From assembly GCA_951406725.2 (NCBI GenBank), contig OX597818.1, positions 146,196,001 to 146,260,000 on the forward strand: a stretch of DNA of 64,000 bases, read 5' to 3'. This DNA is from Octopus vulgaris. Lineage: Eukaryota. A program made the translations under genes and the position numbers. Shown piece by piece: positions 56,060-64,000 of this stretch (position 1 is the stretch's first letter; each line of letters begins with the position of its first letter). The notes beneath the pieces were generated by a model. That model searched no databases, had not been told where the DNA came from, and was given only the letters and a program-made list of their open reading frames with translations.

Positions 56060-59000
56060 CTCCCCTAAGAATAATGAATCTAGCAAAAGAACTGGAAAAA
56101 AACATCCGAGCTATCACCCACCGCCATCCACCATTATTACCCCACTACACATGCCATTAAAAAGCAATCAAATAAACAAATCACCAAAACAATTAAAACC
56201 ATCCACTCTCGCCTCAACATTTCTGCTTAATGCCCAAGGCATCAGCCCTTCCACCAATACACAAAAATGGAAGATAAGATTCCTGGAGGACTGGGTCGAG
56301 GCCCATCCAAACCACATCCCTTTCTTCGTCCTCACTGAAACCCATCTTAGTGACCTCCACTTGGAAGCCGAGGTGAAAGTTAAAAATTTCAAAACCATTC
56401 GTGCTGATCGTGTTGGCAGAAGAAAGGGTGGGACTGCCATTTATGTCCATGATTCATTCTCAACAGAAGCCATGAACATATTTTCGAATGGATACTGCGA
56501 AGCAGTCGCTGTATTCAGTCAAACCAACAACTTAACAGTAGTTGGGCTCTACAGACCACCCCAAACGCCCCTACCATGCTTCAAGGAATGCCTCAACAGC
56601 ATAAAGTGTTTCATTCAGCAGTGTCAACCTGACAACATTTTAATGATGGGAGATTTCAACCTTCCCGGGGTTGACTGGTCTACAAACAGTCTGCCGCCAG
56701 GTTCTTCTCTCTCAACCCCTGACAGGGAGGCAGTGGAATCGCTTCTTGACTTCATGGATGACTTCTTCTTGTCCCAACTGGTACTCGAACCAACGAGATG
56801 TCACAAAAACGTCTTAGACTTAATTTTCAGCAATCACACTGATACTATCCACAATATTGCAGTGGAGAAAACCCTACTCTCCGACCATGACATGGTTCTC
56901 TGTGATCTGAGATTTCACTGGCCAAAATGCAAAACAAATGTCATCCCTCCTGTTCATCCATTTGACATTATGGATTTCCACAATGCAAACTGGGAAGCGA
57001 TCAATAATGATCTTGCACAAGTCGATTGGTCCTTCACGCACACATACACACCCACTAACATCAAAAAGTCCTGGCAGTCACTTGTAGACACCATCACGAA
57101 CATATGTGCAAGACACACCCCATTAAGATCTGCAAACAAATCTAAGTGTCGAATCCCTAGAAATAGAAAATCTCTCATAAGGAAAATTAAAAGAATCAAC
57201 AAAAAGATCAACATGCTGAAATACTGTCAACAGCAACACACCAACCTGACTGCCATCTCGTCGCTAGAGATTAAAAAACATAAACTCCAAAACAACATGA
57301 TGTCTATCATCAATAGTCAGCGAAGAGCTGAAGAGGCCTGGGCCATTGAGAAGATCAAACTCAATCCCAAAGTGTTCTTTTCATTTGCAAAAAAACACAG
57401 AGTCACTGGTTCTACTGTTGGCCCTCTGATTGATGAAAATGGTATTCTTCAAGACAATGCCAAAACCATGGGAGAAATATTGCAGAAACAATATTGCTCT
57501 GTTTTCAACAATCCTGATATGACTGATCTGGGCTGTATCAGTGATGTTACTCCCCAATACACTTTATCGGACATAACATTTGGCGCTCCTGATGTCTTAG
57601 CAGCAATAAAGGAAATGAAGCATAATTCAGCAGTAGGTCCCGATAGGTTCCCTGCTTGTGTCTTGAAGATGTGTCAAAACCAACTTGCACCCCCTCTAGC
57701 CAATCTGTGGCGGAACTCATTGGATGCTGGATATATACCAGAAGACCTTCTATCCCAGTCTGTTGTCCCAGTTTTCAAAAAGGAAACAAATCGCTTGCCG
57801 TGAATTACCGTCCAATCTCACTCACCTCTCATATCATCAAGGTATTTGAGAGGGTGCTGAGATCGCGTATGACTCACTTCCTTGAGAGTCATAATATGCT
57901 GAACCCCAACCAGCATGGATTCCGTAATGGGAGAGATTGCCTGACGCAGCTACTGCATCATTTTGATGACATTTTGAGAGCCTTGGGAGAGGGTTCCAAC
58001 ACTGATGTCATCTACCTTGATTTCAGCAAGGCCTTTGACAGGGTTGATCATAAGATCCTTCTGAGAAAGCTGTCCAATATTGGTGTCACTGGAAAGCTGC
58101 TGCAATGGATCAAGTGCTTCCTCTCTAACAGAACCCAACATGTTGTAGTCGAAGGAGTCAAATCCAGCCCAGCCAAAGTCAGCAGTGGTGTCCCACAAGG
58201 CACTGTGTTGGGCCCACTTCTCTTCATCATCTACATAAATGATATTACTGACACCATCAAACACAGCAACATCAGAACCTTCGCTGATGATTCCAAGCTC
58301 CAGAAGGTCATCAATGGCGTGGATGACCGAATAAACCTTCAGTCAGACCTACTGGCTGTTGTCCAATGGGCGGAAAAGAATAACATGTTGCTAAATGAAG
58401 ACAAATTCGAACTGATCCACTTTGGAAGGGAGGACGCTCTGAAACTCCCATACTCTCTTCCTTCTGGAGAAATTCTCATGGCATCCAACAACATCAGAGA
58501 CCTGGGAGTAACAGTGGACAACAACATAAGCTGGGCTACACATATAAGCAGCAAAGTTGACATGGCCCGCAGAATGTGTTCCTGGATTCTCAGAACCTTC
58601 CAGTCGAGAGATTCCCACGCTATTATCCTTCTCTTCTCCACTTTTGCCCGACCCCACCTTGAATACTGCTGTCCACTGTGGTCTCCCTACACAAAACAAA
58701 ATATTATGAGAATTGAAGCTCCCCAAAGGTCAATCACAAAAAAGATAGATGGCATGTCAGACCTTGACTACTGGGGTAGACTAGAGAAGCTGAAATTGTA
58801 TTCACTCCAACGACGCCGTGAACGCTACATTATCTGTATGATGTGGAAAATATTCCATCAGCACTGTCCGAATGATGTTGGCATCACCTTCAAAATGCAT
58901 CCAAGGCTTGGACCACGTGCCATCCGTCCACAACAAAAATCTAAATCGCATCACATAACGACAATACGGCACAACTATTTCACCTCAATTGGACCCGCTC

Positions 59001-59253
59001 TCTTCAACATTACACCAGGACACGTCAAAAAAGAAACTGACCACACAAAATTCAAGAAGTCTTTGGACAAATTCCTTCAAACAGTACCGGACAAACCACC
59101 CACACCCGGATATGTCTCCGCAAACAATAACTCTCTGCTCGAATGGGCCTTGGTGCCCAAATCCTGAACTGAAAGACTTCGCCAGGTGGTGCTATTAAGT
59201 TAGACATGGCCTGGGCCAATACTGGCCAAAAACCTTTCTAAGTTATTCTAAGT
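56060..59253 (+). mobile_element. CR1/L2-group LINE, ORF2-containing, 5'-truncated
   Basis: APE + RT ORF, short 3' UTR and tandem tail (TTCTAAGTTA)2; boundaries defined by interruption of the palindrome arm. Confidence 0.9.
56151..59167 (+). CDS. LINE ORF2 (AP endonuclease + reverse transcriptase), ~1000 aa, one frameshift at ~57780
   Basis: APE motifs LNAQG, LTETHL, GGTAIYV, YRPP, MGDFN, LDLIF, SDH; RT motifs YRPISLTS, QHGFR, YLDFSKAFD, GVPQGTVLGP, FADD; joining PVFKK|GNKS needs one extra base. Confidence 0.9.
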
Positions 59254-59355
59254 TATATTTATATATGTGTTTATGTATGCATAATTATGTATATGTTTAT
59301 ATGTACATGGGTATATTTATGTATGTATACTCATGTGTATTTGTATGTGTGTGTG

Positions 59356-59391
<36 letters not shown>

Positions 59392-59437
59392 CGTATGTGT
59401 GTGTATGTAGGTGTATGTATGTATATGTATGTGTATA

Positions 59438-59478
<41 letters not shown>

Positions 59479-60111
59479 ATATGTATATATATATATATAT
59501 GTATGTATGTGTATGTATGTATATATATGTGCGTATGTATGTATGCATATGTATATTTGCATGTGTATGTATGTGTGTTTGTATGTATATTTATTTTATA
59601 TTTTTTTAATGTTTTTTCATGTATATTTATCTATTTATTCCCTCCACCTAACAATAAAAAACTGCCTACCTCTTCTTGACCACCAAAAAGCAATTGTCTT
59701 CTAATTTACCTAAAATCCCATCCCATATATCTGTTGAAATAATATTCTTGGGGTTTCTATTCATTTATTCTATTTATTCATTTATTTATTTATTTATTTT
59801 CTCACTGACTCTTTTCATTTCAAAAAACACTCTGGCCTTTTGACCACTCCCCTAAGAACAATAGCTTGTGCCCTATTTATCTCCTAAATACCAACCTACC
59901 CAAAAAACGTCCCCCCTGCCACCACCACTCCATTAAATCTACCTAAATGCATAAATACCAGAACATATTTTGACAGCCAGCTTCCTGAAGATTTCATATG
60001 AATGAAACAGTTCTAGTCCTGTAGAAGGTCCTTCTATAAAATAAATTACTTTACTCTGCTATGTATTGAGTACCTTATTTACTGTGGTTAACCCCGACTC
60101 AACCCGGGACC

Positions 60112-60242
<131 letters not shown>

Positions 60243-60343
60243 ATAATAATAAAAGGGTAAAATTAATTAATCAATTAAATCATTAATAATTAATAGTTTT
60301 ACCAAGTAGTTCGATACGTTAAAATAACCTTTTGGGGTAACAT

Positions 60344-60808
60344 TATACAAATATTCTATAATCATAAGCATTTTTATATCCAAGGGTCAGCTACTTGCTT
60401 CGCCACGCAGCGAATTTAGAAATAGCAGTTAAAATGCCATTCCGCTGCCATAAATATCTCCCAGACAGTAACACTTTTTTTTTTAACGTAGGCAAAAAGA
60501 AAAGATAACGAATCCCCATATTTAATTCTAACACTCCCAAATTTATATTTGAATTGCTGCACTGATGACGTGAAATAAGTAAATGTAACTTTACTTTAAT
60601 CCCGAAACGAGTATGTAGCCAATCTAAGTTCGTGTGGATTCGTTATTTTTTCTCTTTGCCCACGTAAAAAAAAAAGTATGTTACTGTCTGGGAGATATTT
60701 ATGGTAGCGGAATGGTATTTTAACTGCTATTTCTAAATTCGGTGCGTGGCGAAGCAATTAGTTGACACCTGATTATAATTATGCTTATAATTATAGAGTG
60801 TTTGTATA
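60344..60808. mobile_element. Fold-back element (~170 bp arms) with hammerhead in the loop
   Basis: 60344-60516 is the reverse complement of 60637-60808 (TTGCTTCGCCACGCA, AAATATCTCCCAGACAGTAACA, ATAACGAATCC). Confidence 0.9.
60553..60623 (+). ncRNA. Type I minimal hammerhead ribozyme
   Basis: GCTGCA-CTGATGA-[stem II AAGTAAA/TTTACTT]-GAAA-C-GA-G-T-A-TGTAGC: stem I GCUGCA/UGUAGC, complete core, GUA cleavage triplet. Confidence 0.8.
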
Positions 60809-61002
60809 TATATGTATATATATATATATAAACACTGGAAGTCCACCTTAAGTGATCTGTGATGCGGAAAGAGAATTTGAGATTGTCTAGGGTATTGATA
60901 ATGTTGTGTGTTTTACACACAGAACACACACACAGATGTAGATGCCTGTCAAAATACGTGAACAAGGCGTAAACATGGATTAATAATGTGTTTCGTGTGA
61001 AC

Positions 61003-61034
<32 letters not shown>

Positions 61035-61036
<2 letters not shown>

Positions 61037-61160
61037 GAAGGATTAAAATTAATCAAAGAACATACTAAGTATGTCTACCTGCTGGAAGTAACAGTCAAAG
61101 CTCTTATTTAAATCGCAGAGAAAAAAAACACCGATAATATAACTACAGAAATCAACCGTT
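61035..61160 (+). repeat. Second copy of the hammerhead-like module of the 31425-32288 element
   Basis: CTGAAGGATTAAAATTAATCAAAG.ACATACTAAGTATGTCTACCTGCTGGAA..AACTACAGAAATCAACCG. Confidence 0.85.
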
Positions 61161-61566
61161 TGCCCGCAGATATAGTTACCTCCATACTCACACCCTTTGG
61201 CTCTTTGTACATATACACACACATACACTCGAACCTTTGTACAAAAACACACAAACTCATATATGCACACACTCGCTCGTAAGAGCAGTTAAGATGATGC
61301 CATCAACTATCCAGGCATTCACGTATTTCGCTGTGAAGCAGGTACTATGACAGCGGTTTGAGGCATTGAGTGTGTCTGTTTATCACATTTATATATCACC
61401 ATATACGCCTATATGACACACATAGATGTATACACACATATATACGCACAAAGACATATATATACACACATATGTACACATATACACACACGTACACATA
61501 GAAACATACATACACCCATATATATATACTCACACGTATGTGTATATATGTGGCTCTATGTATGCA

Positions 61567-61623
<57 letters not shown>

Positions 61624-61768
61624 TTTTTATAATACGTATTTGGATATAGAATTAGATTTCGGCTCAACTGTGTTATTGAAACTAAACTTACACTCATATA
61701 CATGCGCACACACATGTCTGTATATAGGTACGTTTATGTATGTATGTATGATATATTCATACACGCTA

Positions 61769-61803
<35 letters not shown>

Positions 61804-61804
61804 C

Positions 61805-61836
<32 letters not shown>

Positions 61837-61842
61837 TGATAG

Positions 61843-61874
<32 letters not shown>

Positions 61875-61908
61875 ATATATATATACACACCAACTTTATC
61901 ACACAGAC

Positions 61909-61963
<55 letters not shown>

Positions 61964-63113
61964 TAGATAGATAGATAAATAAACACTTCAAATGTAATGT
62001 GTCTTCCATGAAGACGGTGACTCGTCTCATCCGACGATGGAATCAATCTACAAGCATTATTTCGGATTACCGAGCCTTCTGAAGCAGCTGTGTTTATAAT
62101 GCTTTTCTTCGACTCCTTTAATTCTCGATAGCATTTCTATTCTGTAAGCATATATACATTTTTTTTGCATTTCAGGTATTTTATTTACTTTATATATTGA
62201 CCTGTCTAGCTTGCTTATCCCTACTTTTACTCATATATATAAACACATATATGAGGAATAGTTCTTCTGGAACGTATATGCGCACACACATTTATGTGTG
62301 TCAGTGCGTGTGTGTGTGCGTGTGCGCACGATCAATAATTGATGATTTCAACAATAATAATTACTAGTTATACGATATTTATGAACTAATAATGAGTTTA
62401 AATGAAGATCAACAGAAAAATATTTATAAACACGTTATAAACTTTTTCAAAATGGCGGCCTTTTGATTGAGAGTACTCTCTCTCCAGTTTCATTTTTGTT
62501 ATGATATGAGACTGGTATTCAGTGCAAGAAAACGCAATTTCACCGATAAAATTGATTGCATTGCACTCAAGTGATTGCAAAGTTCAGTAAATTTGAAGAA
62601 AATAAATCTAAACATTATAATTTAAAAAAATCCGAAACGTCTTTTTATGTCTTGGCATTCTTGACATAATGTTACTTTGAAATTCAAGTTTTTCTTCTCC
62701 TCTCGTTTGGTTTATTCGCTTATTGTTCAATCTTTTTTTTCTTGGTTTTGTTTTTAATTAAGTTTGTTTATTTGTTTCCGAAGATTTTACATGTCACTTT
62801 CTTGAAACAGTTTCATTTTTCTTATTTTGATTTATTTTCTTTATAATTTTTTATCAATATTGTTGTTGTTGTTATTGCTGTTGTTGCTATAGTCTTGTTA
62901 TTATAACAATTACTACTGTTGGTATTGTTATTATTATAATTTTTTACTTTAATTATTATTATTGCTATTATTATTATAATAATTATTATTATTACTATTA
63001 TTATTATTATTATTATCATTACTGTTGTTGTTGTTGTTGTTGTTGTTGTTATTATTATTTTCATTCTCCTTGCTGTTATTGTTGTTTTTGTTGTTGTTCT
63101 TCATCTAATTTTT

Positions 63114-63175
<62 letters not shown>

Positions 63176-63186
63176 CATTATTATTA

Positions 63187-63640
63187 TGTGTTTGACTTTT
63201 GCTTTGCATGTGTACAAGCTGATTCCAAGTCTCACCCAGAGACCTCAAGAGAGAACAAGCTAGAAGTTACCCTTGGTATTATGCCTAGGGTGTCATATAT
63301 TTGGTTTTGTACATAGTATTGTTCTAGAGAATGCTTAAGAAAACAAGAAAATTATAAATTTGTTTTAAAATTTTAGGTTACATAGACAGTATATTTCGTA
63401 GGATATGGGCAATTCCCATGAGCACTATCTTTTGAATTTCTGCCATTTGGGGGTTTCCTGGTATTTGAGCTATGTAGGAATCAGGCCTTTTTGCTATCAT
63501 TCCTAGGACACCTATGACAATAGGTATTGCTTTAGTGTTGAGGTTCCACGTTTGGCCAATTTCTATTTCAAGATCTTTATAAAAAAATAGAAATTTGGCA
63601 AAATGTGGAACCTCAAGAGTAATACAATACCTGTTTTCAT
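63187..63640 (-). mobile_element. R4/Dong-like LINE 3' fragment within (TTA)n
   Basis: Minus strand KDLEIEIGQTWNLNTKAIPIVIGVLGMI..EIQKIVLMGIAHILR; flanked by TTA arrays. Confidence 0.8.
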
Positions 63641-63669
63641 TATCATCATCATTATTATTATTATTATTA

Positions 63670-63719
<50 letters not shown>

Positions 63720-63761
63720 GTTATTGTCATTATTATTATTATTATTGTTGTTGTTGTTGTT

Positions 63762-64000
63762 ATTACCTCTACTTTAACGAAGACGCAGGTATTGTTTTGA
63801 GTTTTTTCTGGTCGTTTGTCCGTGGATAAGATATCTCAAGAACCGCTGGATGGATTCAAATGGAACTTTCAGGGATGTTTGAATGCGTCACTGGCACGAA
63901 ATGATTAGATTTTGGGTTCGATCCGGTACCGGACGAGGATTCTGGATTATTTTTTATATTTAATTTACATGATTACGATCTTACGTTAACTTCTCAATTA
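63762..64000 (+). mobile_element. Helentron-associated (DINE-1/HINE-like) non-autonomous element start
   Basis: ATTACCTC..GGTATTGTTTT..GTTTGTCCGT..GATATCTCAAGAACCGCTGGATGGATT..ATTAGATTTTGG..GATCCGG resembles the HINE layout; a related fragment lies near 31140-31330. Confidence 0.55.

Noticed and set aside
55012-60045. A novel RT element with long terminal inverted repeats
   Set aside because: The symmetry centre is at ~55935, outside the LINE. The LINE has its own tandem 3' tail and interrupts one arm, so nesting explains the structure.
62448-62460. YY1-like motif CAAAATGGCGGC
   Set aside because: Single short motif with no supporting promoter evidence.

Overview
AT-rich, microsatellite-dense eukaryotic (animal) DNA. 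The repeat content (tRNA-derived SINEs ending in (AAT)n, abundant (TA)n/(CA)n, R4/Dong LINEs) suggests an octopod cephalopod, but this is inference. No host protein-coding gene can be supported, and most ORFs in the track are microsatellite artefacts. The window is a mosaic of transposons: three mariner relics, a maT/Tc1-like relic, an RTE 3' end, a near full-length R4/Dong LINE plus fragments in (AAT)n, a Helitron helicase fragment, a rearranged Penelope-like element (RT + GIY-YIG + pLTRs), and a CR1/L2-group LINE ORF2 with a single frameshift. The most striking pattern is a set of unrelated fold-back (long inverted-repeat) elements, several carrying Penelope-type minimal hammerhead ribozyme motifs. 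One hammerhead with a complete catalytic core sits in the loop of a ~460 bp hairpin (60344-60808). A ~1.9 kb palindrome (55012-60045) has the CR1-like LINE inserted in one arm.
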